Positions 17,263 to 26,721 are shown, numbered from the stretch's first letter. The stretch: 28,957 nucleotides of DNA from Candidatus Hodarchaeota archaeon (GCA_016839785.1 JAEOTQ010000101.1:1-28957), one strand, 5' to 3'. Notes: generated by a model not told the origin, from the letters alone. A program made the numbers and translations.

Positions 17263-17700
17263 ATGAGTGCAGAAGGAATTGAAGAATGTGCAGCAAGTCT
17301 TGCTATGCAAATATTGGGTCGCAAATGGACACTCTATATCATTTGTGAACTATTGATGTGTCAAGAGCTCTTTTTCAGCCAATTACAGGAGCAAATCCTT
17401 GGTAACTATGGTGAGAAAATTTCTGCACGTGTTCTTTCTGAGGGATTAAGTCGGTTAGAAAAAAATGGGGTTGTTAACCGGATTGTTCACAGTGAAAGTA
17501 TGCCCATTCGTGTTGGTTACTCATTAACCGACAAAGGAGAGGATTTCGCTGTTATTTTTAGTGCTTTGAAAGGTTGGGGTGTCAAATGGGGCGGAGTCGG
17601 GGTAAAAAGATGCAGATCATATGCATGCATACATAATGCTGTCCCAATTATTGACATCGATGCGGCAAAAGAGCTTTTTCAGATCGGCGAATGTGATTAG
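17263..17700 (+). CDS. HxlR (MarR/DUF24) family winged-helix transcriptional regulator
   Basis: C-x6-ILGRKWTLYII...FSQL...ISARVLSEGLSRLEKNGVVNR...PIRVGYSLTDKG...LKGWG; extra C-terminal CRSYAC. Confidence 0.93.
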   Translation: MSAEGIEECAASLAMQILGRKWTLYIICELLMCQELFFSQLQEQILGNYGEKISARVLSEGLSRLEKNGVVNRIVHSESMPIRVGYSLTDKGEDFAVIFSALKGWGVKWGGVGVKRCRSYACIHNAVPIIDIDAAKELFQIGECD

Positions 17701-17726
17701 CGGATTAGAAAAAATAAAAAGAGGGA

Positions 17727-17752
17727 TTTAGAAAACCTTTCGATTTTCTAAA
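17727..17752. terminator. 9-bp stem hairpin between convergent genes
   Basis: TTTAGAAAA-CCTTTCGA-TTTTCTAAA, flanked by an A-rich tract on the left and a T-rich tract on the right. Confidence 0.55.
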
Positions 17753-17772
17753 CCGGAACGATCTTCTTTCTT

Positions 17773-18537
17773 TTATATTTTTGTTGGTGCTGGTTTGGGG
17801 GAATAAACAAGGTGTAGAATTCTACCAACAAAATGTAGTAAAACTCCAATTACTATAGATAGTAAACCAACAACGTATTGGAAGGTTTCTAACCAATTTC
17901 CAGTAAATGTATATACACTTGCATCGATCGGATGGGTCATAGGCATAAAGATTGGTTGGATTGCTAACAGGATCCCGAAACTCAAAAATACATACGAGAA
18001 GTTTGATACTTGGGTACCAACACTTCCACCAACAGCACTGCTTCTTCTTTCTAGTTCCTTTGAGATATTACTTTTTATTCTTGGCAGTAAAAGAGCAATG
18101 AGAATAATTATATTCCCAATTGTACGGGCCCATGAGGGTGTAAAGAACATACCATTGACACCAAAAGTGTCCCACCATTCGTAAAAAAGTATTGCAGAGG
18201 GAATGAAACCGCTAACAATACCCAAAATACAATTAGCTATTGAAACATTGTAAAACCACGATTTCCCTGATTTTAAAGCCCAATATAGAATAATCCATAA
18301 GATTCCCACCAACCAAGTTATAACATAACTTATGATAAAAAGTGGTTGCTGGTCACCAACGACTGCAAAAGTAAAACCCCCTTTGGTATTTGGCATTGCC
18401 CACCAATTGCCAAGAAAGTTGAATGTTGTACAAGTGCTTCCAATTCCAGAAATAATTCCGACTGCTGCACCCAAAGCTAGTAAAATATAGAAACTTTTTA
18501 TTGATTGTAGTTTTTCTCGTATTCTCAAAATCTTCAC
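17773..18537 (-). CDS. Hypothetical integral membrane protein (about 6 TM)
   Basis: 254-aa ORF with multiple hydrophobic segments. No family recognised and start uncertain. Confidence 0.7.
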   Translation of the reverse strand: MKILRIREKLQSIKSFYILLALGAAVGIISGIGSTCTTFNFLGNWWAMPNTKGGFTFAVVGDQQPLFIISYVITWLVGILWIILYWALKSGKSWFYNVSIANCILGIVSGFIPSAILFYEWWDTFGVNGMFFTPSWARTIGNIIILIALLLPRIKSNISKELERRSSAVGGSVGTQVSNFSYVFLSFGILLAIQPIFMPMTHPIDASVYTFTGNWLETFQYVVGLLSIVIGVLLHFVGRILHLVYSPKPAPTKI

Positions 18538-18721
18538 TTTCCATGCTAAGTAAATATTCCATCTAGAGTATCCTCTAGAAGGAAGAGTTAAGACACAACG
18601 AAATTCGTAAATCCAGTTTTAAAATTCGTCCTAATCTTTAAGTAACCCATAACATGACATCAATCATAATGGATTTAAATCAACAAAAATTTCGTGTGAG
18701 TATTATAATAAGAAGAGTGAA

Positions 18722-19120
18722 ATGAAGATGAGTGAGAATTTTCCTTTTAAATCTGATTCTCTGTATTTTCAATACAGCGTGAAAAATATTGAAAGAGCAA
18801 AGAATTTTTATGTCGAGACATTTGGATTTGAAGTCGCTTGGGATGGGGGTGCTGAAGTCGGCTGGTGTGAGCTAGTTCTTCCTGTCAAAGGCACAAAATT
18901 AGGATTAAATCTTTTACCAGAAGCAGCGTAACTAGTTCAAGGGTCGGGTGTTTTAACATTTGAAGTAACAGATTTAGAAAAAGCTAAAGGTCTATTAACA
19001 AAGAAAAAAGTCCATTCAGATGATATTATTGATATAGTTGATATGGTATCCTACTTCAATGCTATAGATTCTGAAGGAAATAAAATCCAATTTGTAGGAG
19101 AACCTCGAATTAAGAAGTAA
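18722..19120 (+). pseudogene. VOC/glyoxalase family protein interrupted by an in-frame TAA at 18929-18931
   Basis: N-half VKNIERAKNFYVETFGF. After the TAA the same frame continues LVQGSGVLTFEVTDLEKAKGLL...FNAIDSEGNKIQF for 62 codons to a TAA at 19118-19120. Confidence 0.88.
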
Positions 19121-19122
19121 TC

Positions 19123-19590
19123 TTATGCATTCTTAATCTTTTCTTGAGCCAGTAATGCTGCATCGACAATCGGTTGGTACCCCGTACATCGACATAAATG
19201 CTTTTCAAGACTCTTATGAATCTCCTCAATGTTAGCATTTGGACTAGTACTAAATAACGCAAATAACTCCATAATATAACCAGGGGTGCAAAATCCGCAT
19301 TGAACGGCTGTAGCTTCAATAAAAGCCTCTTGAATAGCGTGAAGGTTAAAGTTGCTCGATATACCTTCAATTGTAATAACATCAGCATTTTCTAGTTTTC
19401 TTGCTTTTGTAATACAACTTTTAACTGCTTTCCCATTTACAACGACCGTGCATGCCCCACAATGCCCCTGATTGCAACCATTTTTGGTTCCTGTCAAAGA
19501 AACTTTTTCACGAAGTATGTGAAGTAAAGTATCAGTTGGATCTACAGAGATAGAATAGGTTTTGCCGTTAATTGAAAGTTTCAATTCCAT
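19123..19590 (-). CDS. 2x[2Fe-2S] small subunit of a xanthine dehydrogenase/aldehyde oxidoreductase family enzyme (CoxS-like)
   Basis: GCNQGHCGACTV...KSC, QCGFCTPG, LCRCTGY. Confidence 0.96.
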   Translation of the reverse strand: MELKLSINGKTYSISVDPTDTLLHILREKVSLTGTKNGCNQGHCGACTVVVNGKAVKSCITKARKLENADVITIEGISSNFNLHAIQEAFIEATAVQCGFCTPGYIMELFALFSTSPNANIEEIHKSLEKHLCRCTGYQPIVDAALLAQEKIKNA

Positions 19591-19591
19591 T

Positions 19592-21925
19592 TCATACCCC
19601 TCCTTTTTTTAGAGAAGTTAGCATTCGTTCTTTGGTTACTGGAATGCTGGTAAAGGAAACACCAGTTGCTCTTTGGATTGCATTTAAAATGACAGATGGA
19701 GGTCCCAATGCAGGATGTTCGGCTATAGGACGCGCTCCGTATGGTCCGTTAGGTTGAGGGGTTTCTATAAAGATACAACTGTATTTTTTTGGCATATCAG
19801 ACAATTTGGGTATTGCATATCTTCGCAAATTGACGGTTCTCATATTCCCAGAGCCATCATACTCAATTTTCTCTTTTAAGGCTTGTCCAATTCCCTGCAT
19901 CACTCCACCAGTGATTTGTCCCCGTGCTAAAGCTGGATTGATAATTTTTCCAGCATCAAGAGCCGTCACAAAATGCAAAATACTTATTTCTCCTGTATTC
20001 TTGCTGATTTTCAAATCAACTCCTTGACTACCGAATGTCCATTCGTAGGGTTGATACTGGCCAGTTTCTAGATCAGGAAACGTGACGTTACGAACGACAG
20101 ATGAGCCTGTACTCAATATAGGATTCCCTACTGTATGCCCATCAGAATATTGGTAACCAAGTACCAAATGTTTGAGATCCAAGGATTTATCCTGATAACT
20201 GACTTTGGTACCATCATATACTGTATTAGTGACTGTACAACCCCATACTTCCGCTGCGTTTTCTTTGAACTTCCTGATAGCTTTATTACATGCATCGATA
20301 ATGGCATTTCCGACCCGCATTGTCGTCATACTTGCGACTGTCTGCCATTCATAAGGTGTTAACTGTGTATTAATTTCATAATTTATTCTGACCATGTCTA
20401 CAGGAATATGTAAGGCTTCAGCTGCAATTTGAGCGAGTACTGTGAGACTACCCTGGCCAAGTTCTACACCCCCGATTGATATATTCACGGTTAAATCTTC
20501 GTTAAATTTGAGAAAAACATTTGAAGAGGCATTAGCAGTTTGAACTGGTGATTTAATGAGTCCAACTACCGCACGTCCATAGAAAAATTTCTCATCTTCA
20601 GGAGGGAGAGGAATTTCATCAAGTTTCGTTATTGTTTGAGTAAAACATTTTCTAATATCTCCATTATGATCAGAGATTACTTGTCCAAGAGAATTTGTAT
20701 CGCCAGGGCTTAAGAAGTTCTTCATTCTGAGTTCATTAGGGTCTATTTCCAACGTTGAAGCTAATTTATCCAGGAGTCGCTCGATCATGAATTGTCCTTC
20801 TGGGTGTCCATATCCACGGAACGCTCCAACTGGTGTGGAATTGGTATAAACCCCATACGATTTAAGATTGCAATTTGGAAAAAAATAGGGGCCCACACAG
20901 TTATGTCCGGCAGCTAATACTACATTACATCCTGTGTCTCCGTATGCTCCATCAGAATAATACTGGGTGGCTTCTATACCAACAAGTGTTCCATCCTTCT
21001 TTGCACCTAATTTCATCTGACCTTTCATCCCTCGTCCCAACACTGAGCCAATGAAGACTTCCTTTCGAGTCAGTACAAATTTCACATGGTATCCTGGTAC
21101 CAATTTTGCAGCTAATGCCACCAACGGTTCGATGGTGTAATCACTTTTTCCCCCAAAACCTCCCCCTAAGTAAGGTATGTGAATATGAATCTTGGTCATC
21201 AGTTTTATTTTAAAGTAATCAGCGAGTACTTCACGCAGTACAAAAGGCGCTTGGGAACTACTCCATAGATGAAGCTCGCCTGTATGATCCCATCGTGCAA
21301 TAGCACCATGAGGCTCAATAGCTGCATGATTCATCAACGGATATTCGAAATTATCTTCAACTGTAACCTCTGCATCCTGAAATGGAAATTCATAGTTACC
21401 TTTCTTCAGGCGATATTTATAAAAAACATTAGTTTGAGGTTCTGGCACAAATGTAGGAACATGACGGTAGTTTCCATTTTGTTCATGAATAATTGGGGCT
21501 TCTTTACTTGCGGACTCTATAGGGTCCAACGTGAAGGGTAATTCTTCAAAAACAGGAAAAATATTTTTAATAGCCGCCAACGCTTGTTTTTCAGTTTCCG
21601 CGATGACAACAGCTACTACCTCTCCTGCATGTCTTACCTTATCAATAGCTAATGGTGGTTGATCAAAGATGCAAGTCCCAAATAAATGGTCTTTATCTAG
21701 ATTTAAAGATTTTCCGGTGAATACTTTATGTATCCCTGGCATATCCAGAGCTTTACTAATGTCTATTGTCTTTATAGTAGCATGAGGAACACCTGCCCTC
21801 AGTACTTTCATAATTAAAGTTCTTGGAAAACGTAAATCGTCAATATAAAGTGCTGTACCTGTAACTTTTTCATGGGCATCTGCTCGTGGAATGCTAGCTC
21901 CTACAACTTTATTAAACAACTTCAA
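19592..21925 (-). CDS. Molybdopterin-binding large subunit, xanthine dehydrogenase/aldehyde oxidoreductase family
   Basis: KVTGTALYIDD, HAAIEPH, GGGFGGK, GAFRGYGHPE, ELGQG, GQITGGVMQGIGQAL, GPYGARPIAE. Confidence 0.95.
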   Translation of the reverse strand: MKLFNKVVGASIPRADAHEKVTGTALYIDDLRFPRTLIMKVLRAGVPHATIKTIDISKALDMPGIHKVFTGKSLNLDKDHLFGTCIFDQPPLAIDKVRHAGEVVAVVIAETEKQALAAIKNIFPVFEELPFTLDPIESASKEAPIIHEQNGNYRHVPTFVPEPQTNVFYKYRLKKGNYEFPFQDAEVTVEDNFEYPLMNHAAIEPHGAIARWDHTGELHLWSSSQAPFVLREVLADYFKIKLMTKIHIHIPYLGGGFGGKSDYTIEPLVALAAKLVPGYHVKFVLTRKEVFIGSVLGRGMKGQMKLGAKKDGTLVGIEATQYYSDGAYGDTGCNVVLAAGHNCVGPYFFPNCNLKSYGVYTNSTPVGAFRGYGHPEGQFMIERLLDKLASTLEIDPNELRMKNFLSPGDTNSLGQVISDHNGDIRKCFTQTITKLDEIPLPPEDEKFFYGRAVVGLIKSPVQTANASSNVFLKFNEDLTVNISIGGVELGQGSLTVLAQIAAEALHIPVDMVRINYEINTQLTPYEWQTVASMTTMRVGNAIIDACNKAIRKFKENAAEVWGCTVTNTVYDGTKVSYQDKSLDLKHLVLGYQYSDGHTVGNPILSTGSSVVRNVTFPDLETGQYQPYEWTFGSQGVDLKISKNTGEISILHFVTALDAGKIINPALARGQITGGVMQGIGQALKEKIEYDGSGNMRTVNLRRYAIPKLSDMPKKYSCIFIETPQPNGPYGARPIAEHPALGPPSVILNAIQRATGVSFTSIPVTKERMLTSLKKGGV

Positions 21926-22087
21926 TTACCAAAAAAAATTAATGATTCATCGAGTAAAATATTTTGTTTCTGAAATTAATGAGACTAAAACAGTCTTAAT
22001 TCCCCCTCATCGTAGGAAAGATAAAAAATTTCATATATGACTCTTCTCAAATTAATTACTAGCGAAGTCTGTGAGTTGTTTTGACCT

Positions 22088-24010
22088 ATGGCTTTCAATA
22101 ATAGCATGAAAATTGGAATAATTGATCTATCTTCAGGTTCAGTCATTACCGAGAAATTGGATTTTAACGATGAACAATTTAAGAAGTATCTGGGTGGAGA
22201 AGGAGTAATTGTGGAATATTTATTGAAGAATATGCCTGCAAATATCGATCCCTTATCCCCTGACAATCATTTATGTTTTATTACTGGTATATTGAGTGCC
22301 ACAAAGGTCCCATTCTCTGGCAGATATACAGTTGTTTGTAAATCCCCTCTAACGGGTGGTTGGGGTGAAGCAAATTCAGGTGGACGTTTTGGGCCAGAGT
22401 TACGAAAAACGGGGTTTGACTCGCTTGTCATCAAAGGTAAGGCGAATAATCTATCTATTATTGTGGTAACTGATAATGGAATTGAAATCAAAAGTGCAGA
22501 TCAGTTAAGAGGACTGGATTGTGTTCAAACAGAGGATAATTTGAAAGAAATCTACGGAAAAAAAGCTCAAATTGCTAGTATTGGGCTAGCAGGTGAAAAT
22601 TTAGTTTTATTTTCAGGGATTGTAACTGATAAAGGTAGAATCGCCGCACGTAGTGGCGTGGGTGCAGTTATGGGATCAAAAAACCTAAAAGCGCTTGTAG
22701 TAAGAGGAACTAATTCAGTTCCTATTGCAGATCCCTCAGGTCTTAATGAATTAAGAAAACTGGTTAATAAACGGATCAATAAAGGGATCAATCCTCTAAT
22801 GAAACCTGGTTTAAAGGCCTCCACAACGTTTGCACCTTGGATTCGGCGTTTTCGAATAAAAAATTTCGGGTCTTTGGGTCCAAGTAATATGATTATTGAA
22901 TCCTATCGTCGATGGGGAACCTGTGCAGGAACTGCAATGCTAGTAGAAACAGGTGATGCGCCAGTAAAAAACTGGAAAGGGTCATACACAGATTTTCCCT
23001 TGAAGAATAGCTCAAAAATTACTGGTGACAATGTCACCAAATATCAAATAAAGAATTATGGTTGTCATAGCTGTCCTATGGCTTGTGGAGGTATAATGAA
23101 GTACTCAGATGAGCATTTCACCCTTGATGAAACTCACAAACCTGAATATGAAACCTTAATCATGCTAGGGGCAAATTTATTGAACGACGACATTGGAGCA
23201 ATATATCAATTAAACGATTATTGCAATCGTCAAGGATTGGATACCATTGCCGCGGGTGCTATCTTGGCTTTTGTTATAGAATCCTTAGAAAATGGAAAGA
23301 TTCCTCAAAATATGCTCAATGGTTTTAATCCTACTTGGGGAGACCCTACGGATTATTTACCTATGTTACAGATGATTACAGAGAGAAAAGCAATCGGAGA
23401 TGTATTGGCAGATGGTTTCACAAAAGTATCAGAAAAATATGATTTAGATACTGGAATGCATATCCAAAACCAAGCACTGCCCGCTCATGACCCTAGATTC
23501 TCTAATAGTATGATTATTCCATATAGATTGGATCCTGCACCAGGTAGACACACTCCATTCTCAGAACTAATGATTGACTTAGCAAAATTTAGTCAGATGT
23601 TCCCAGAACTCCCTAAAGCCAATCGTTTCTCAGATTATTACTGTTATCATAAAACAGTTTCCTCGATAGGTCTATGTCAGTTCAGCTTATTAACAGGAAA
23701 TTTCCCTGTTATTGAATTTGTAAATCTAGTGACTGGATTCGATCTCTCAGTAGAAGATATTGTCACTATTGGTGAAAGGATACTTACTCTTAAGCATATA
23801 TTTAATTTACGGGAAGGAAAAAATCCTCTTGAATATAAACTACCTGATCGAACATTAGAAAATGCCGAACGAGGTCCAAATAAGGCAATTTCAGCTAGCA
23901 AAGAAAATAAATTAATCTTGGACTTTCTTGATTCGCTTAGCTGGGATTCGACGACAACTAAGCCAAACGAAAATCGATTGAGATCTCTAGGATTGAGGGA
24001 CTTCGTTTAA
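22088..24010 (+). CDS. aor: Aldehyde:ferredoxin oxidoreductase (tungstopterin AOR family)
   Basis: KSPLTGGWGEANSGG, AARSGVGAVMGSKNLKA, CHSCPMAC 4Fe-4S motif with distal GLCQF, PEYET, GLDTI, HDPR. Confidence 0.95.
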   Translation: MAFNNSMKIGIIDLSSGSVITEKLDFNDEQFKKYLGGEGVIVEYLLKNMPANIDPLSPDNHLCFITGILSATKVPFSGRYTVVCKSPLTGGWGEANSGGRFGPELRKTGFDSLVIKGKANNLSIIVVTDNGIEIKSADQLRGLDCVQTEDNLKEIYGKKAQIASIGLAGENLVLFSGIVTDKGRIAARSGVGAVMGSKNLKALVVRGTNSVPIADPSGLNELRKLVNKRINKGINPLMKPGLKASTTFAPWIRRFRIKNFGSLGPSNMIIESYRRWGTCAGTAMLVETGDAPVKNWKGSYTDFPLKNSSKITGDNVTKYQIKNYGCHSCPMACGGIMKYSDEHFTLDETHKPEYETLIMLGANLLNDDIGAIYQLNDYCNRQGLDTIAAGAILAFVIESLENGKIPQNMLNGFNPTWGDPTDYLPMLQMITERKAIGDVLADGFTKVSEKYDLDTGMHIQNQALPAHDPRFSNSMIIPYRLDPAPGRHTPFSELMIDLAKFSQMFPELPKANRFSDYYCYHKTVSSIGLCQFSLLTGNFPVIEFVNLVTGFDLSVEDIVTIGERILTLKHIFNLREGKNPLEYKLPDRTLENAERGPNKAISASKENKLILDFLDSLSWDSTTTKPNENRLRSLGLRDFV

Positions 24011-24176
24011 TTCAATGATTTTACGTAAGAGAAATACCAGTCTATACCTTATTCATTTAATTTTGATCCTCATCACAAGGTAATGACAGAATGCTTTTGT
24101 AATCATCAATTCAACCTTCGAACTACTTCCTAAATTCATATCGAGGATCTATTTTACAACTAAACGGTGAACTAAA

Positions 24177-24512
24177 ATGGCCGAAGAAGAATATATTGCA
24201 ATGATTGACAAATTAAGGGGGAATTTTCTAACCGATAAAGCCAAGAAAACTTTTAGGAAATGGAATAAAACTATGGCTTTTGATTTTACGGATTTAGATA
24301 AAACCTTCTACTTCAATATTGAAGCGGGAAGTCCTAATGAAATTATTGAAGGGAATCCTGAAAAAGCACATGTCAAAATCATTACTGACACGGTAACGTG
24401 GATTGGGGTCATGAAAGGTGAAATTGGTGGTATGAAAGCATACACTTCCAAGAAACTAAAGGTAAAAGGGAGTATGCCTGACCTTTTAAAACTCCAAAAG
24501 CTTATGAAGTAA
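24177..24512 (+). CDS. SCP2 sterol/lipid-binding domain protein
   Basis: 111 aa; C-terminal GMKAYTSKKLKVKGSMPDLLKL matches the SCP2 signature; GGTGA RBS at 24166-24170. Confidence 0.85.
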   Translation: MAEEEYIAMIDKLRGNFLTDKAKKTFRKWNKTMAFDFTDLDKTFYFNIEAGSPNEIIEGNPEKAHVKIITDTVTWIGVMKGEIGGMKAYTSKKLKVKGSMPDLLKLQKLMK

Positions 24513-24559
24513 TCTGTATTCTTTTTCTGTAGGATATCTGTGAAGTTGGTGATATTTGA

Positions 24560-25183
24560 GTGGCTGATCACAAAAGAAAAGTAGCTTTATGTAATACGAT
24601 GAAAGAGCTCTACAAAGAGAAAATTTTGACGGATATTGGAGGAAATCTAAGTTTTCGATCTCTTGAAGAACCTGAGAAGTGTTTTTGGATAACTCCGTCG
24701 GGAATGAAGAAAGATCTTGTTCAACCAGAACACCTTATCAAAATGACAATGGATGGGAAAGAAGTAGATAATGATGGCGAACTTTCTCCGAGTGTAGAAT
24801 GGCCTATTCATCTTCGCATTTATCAAGAAGATGAAGGTTTTCAATTTGTGGTTCATTCGCACGCTCCTCTTGCTACTGCATATTCAATCTTGGTAGATCC
24901 TCCTAAAATTCCTCCTCTTACTGCTGAATTAAGCTTTTTAGTCCCTGAGATCATTATTGTTCCTTATCAACAAAGTGGGTCAACAGAATTAGGAGAAGCT
25001 GTTGCTGAATCATTATGGGATAGTCAAACTCTTGTTTTAGAGAACCACGGTGTTATTGCAGTAAGTGAAGATTCTTTTCAAAATGCAGCTATCAAAACAC
25101 GAGCTCTAGAGGAATTTCTACAACTTTATCTCGATGTAAAGAAATTTGATTCTCCAATCCGTCCATTTCCAGGATTTGAGTAG
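24560..25183 (+). CDS. Class II aldolase/adducin family protein (FucA-like)
   Basis: GGNLS, ITPSG, PSVEWPIH, VVHSH, GSTELG, LENHGV; GGTGA RBS at 24548-24552. Confidence 0.93.
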   Translation: MADHKRKVALCNTMKELYKEKILTDIGGNLSFRSLEEPEKCFWITPSGMKKDLVQPEHLIKMTMDGKEVDNDGELSPSVEWPIHLRIYQEDEGFQFVVHSHAPLATAYSILVDPPKIPPLTAELSFLVPEIIIVPYQQSGSTELGEAVAESLWDSQTLVLENHGVIAVSEDSFQNAAIKTRALEEFLQLYLDVKKFDSPIRPFPGFE

Positions 25184-25197
25184 GAAGTGAGGAGAAA

Positions 25198-26709
25198 ATG
25201 GCTGATTATTACCTATCACTCGATGCTGGTACGAGTGGAGGAAAAGCAGTCGTCTTAGATGAACATGGTTCTATCAAAGGGTTTTCAAAAACTGCTTGGA
25301 GTCATCATTATTTCATACCAGATGATCTAGAGCCTTATGGAAGCGAATTTAGACCAGATCAATTCTGGGATATTTTGCTCCAAACTGCGAAGATGGCTAT
25401 CAATCGTTCCCAAATTCCTCCTGGTGATATTAAGGCAGTTACAGCAACGTCCCAAAGACATGGTTGTGTTTTTTTAGATAATCAAGGAAAAAATTTGTAC
25501 GCAGGTCCTAATCGTGATGCTCGCGGACTTGAAGTTGACACCGAAGAGTTCATGCCCAATGAAGAAGTCTATGAAATTACTGGGCATGGCCTTCCATTCT
25601 TATTTCCTCTTGCCCGATTATTATGGTTCAAAGAAAATGAGGAAGAGGTTTTTGAAAATATCAAACATTTAGTTTCTATCGATGGTTGGGTAAATTTCAG
25701 ATTAACTGGCAAGTACACAATAGATGATACAGCTGCAGCGGAAACTCTTCTTTTTGATATTAAATACCGTAATTGGTCCGAAAAAATTCTGAATGAATTC
25801 AACATTTCACATGAAATATTACCTGAAAAATTAGAATTTGGTCAAGTAATTGGAACAATTCTCCCAGATATTGCACAAAAACTCGAACTCGATTCAAGAA
25901 CTCCAATCATCATGAGTGCATCAGATACTCAAGCATCAATAATAGGTTCTGGAGGAATAGAATCAAATACACTGGGAATAGTGGCTGGATCGACAATGCC
26001 CCTTCAATTGATTATCGATCGTCCTATCATTGATCCTGCTCAGAATATTTGGACAGGTGCTTTTGTTAACAACCTTTGGGTACTCGAATCGAACGCTGGA
26101 TCTGCAGGTGATATTCATAAGTGGTTTGTTGATTCAATTCTCAAACCCCTAAATGTGGATAACCCATATGAAAAATTCGAAGTATTAACTTTATCACAAT
26201 CCCCAGGAAGTCGAGGAGTAACTGCAAATCTAGGTCCACAGATATTTTCCACAAAAACCATGCTTACTGTTCCAAGTAGTGGAGGATTCTCATTTATTCC
26301 AGTCGCTTATTCTTTTGATACTCCAGTAAACATTGCTTCCTTATCAAGATCGTTAATTGAAAATCTTTCATTCGCAGCACGTGCAAATAGTGATCAGATA
26401 CAAGATATAATAGGACATACCTATGAAAAAGTGCTACTTGTAGGAGGAGTCTCACGATCCAAAGCATTCTGCCAAATCTTGGCCAATGTTATGAGTATGG
26501 ATATTACAACATTTATTCCAGAAGGGGCTTCTGTTGCAGGTGCATTGGCTAGTATGATTGGAACGGATAAATATACGAGTTTAAATGAAGCAGTGAAGGT
26601 TATCACTGATTATTCGACTTATTATCCTCAACCAGACCAATCTGATGATTATGAAGCATTATATCCTGAATGGAAAGGTAAATATCAAAAATCTCTTGAA
26701 GAAGATTAG
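25198..26709 (+). CDS. FGGY-family carbohydrate kinase (LsrK/xylulokinase-like)
   Basis: LDAGTSGGK, ATSQRHG, PNRDAR, ARLLW, DTQAS, VGGVSRS. Confidence 0.92.
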   Translation: MADYYLSLDAGTSGGKAVVLDEHGSIKGFSKTAWSHHYFIPDDLEPYGSEFRPDQFWDILLQTAKMAINRSQIPPGDIKAVTATSQRHGCVFLDNQGKNLYAGPNRDARGLEVDTEEFMPNEEVYEITGHGLPFLFPLARLLWFKENEEEVFENIKHLVSIDGWVNFRLTGKYTIDDTAAAETLLFDIKYRNWSEKILNEFNISHEILPEKLEFGQVIGTILPDIAQKLELDSRTPIIMSASDTQASIIGSGGIESNTLGIVAGSTMPLQLIIDRPIIDPAQNIWTGAFVNNLWVLESNAGSAGDIHKWFVDSILKPLNVDNPYEKFEVLTLSQSPGSRGVTANLGPQIFSTKTMLTVPSSGGFSFIPVAYSFDTPVNIASLSRSLIENLSFAARANSDQIQDIIGHTYEKVLLVGGVSRSKAFCQILANVMSMDITTFIPEGASVAGALASMIGTDKYTSLNEAVKVITDYSTYYPQPDQSDDYEALYPEWKGKYQKSLEED

Positions 26710-26721
26710 TAGTTCCTCTGA

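Noticed and set aside
18929-18931. Selenocysteine/pyrrolysine or alternative genetic code
   Set aside because: The codon is TAA, not TGA or TAG, and many genes in the window terminate normally at TAA.
19592-21925. Aerobic CO dehydrogenase CoxL
   Set aside because: The loop is AFRGYG rather than AYxCSFR, and there is no coxM or accessory cox gene.
2135-26606. Numerous 60-115 aa ORFs antisense to or nested within longer genes (e.g. 2135..2362, 4940..5227, 6947..7291, 18353..18562, 19110..19388, 21985..22266)
   Set aside because: They overlap well-supported CDSs and have no recognisable motifs, consistent with shadow ORFs.
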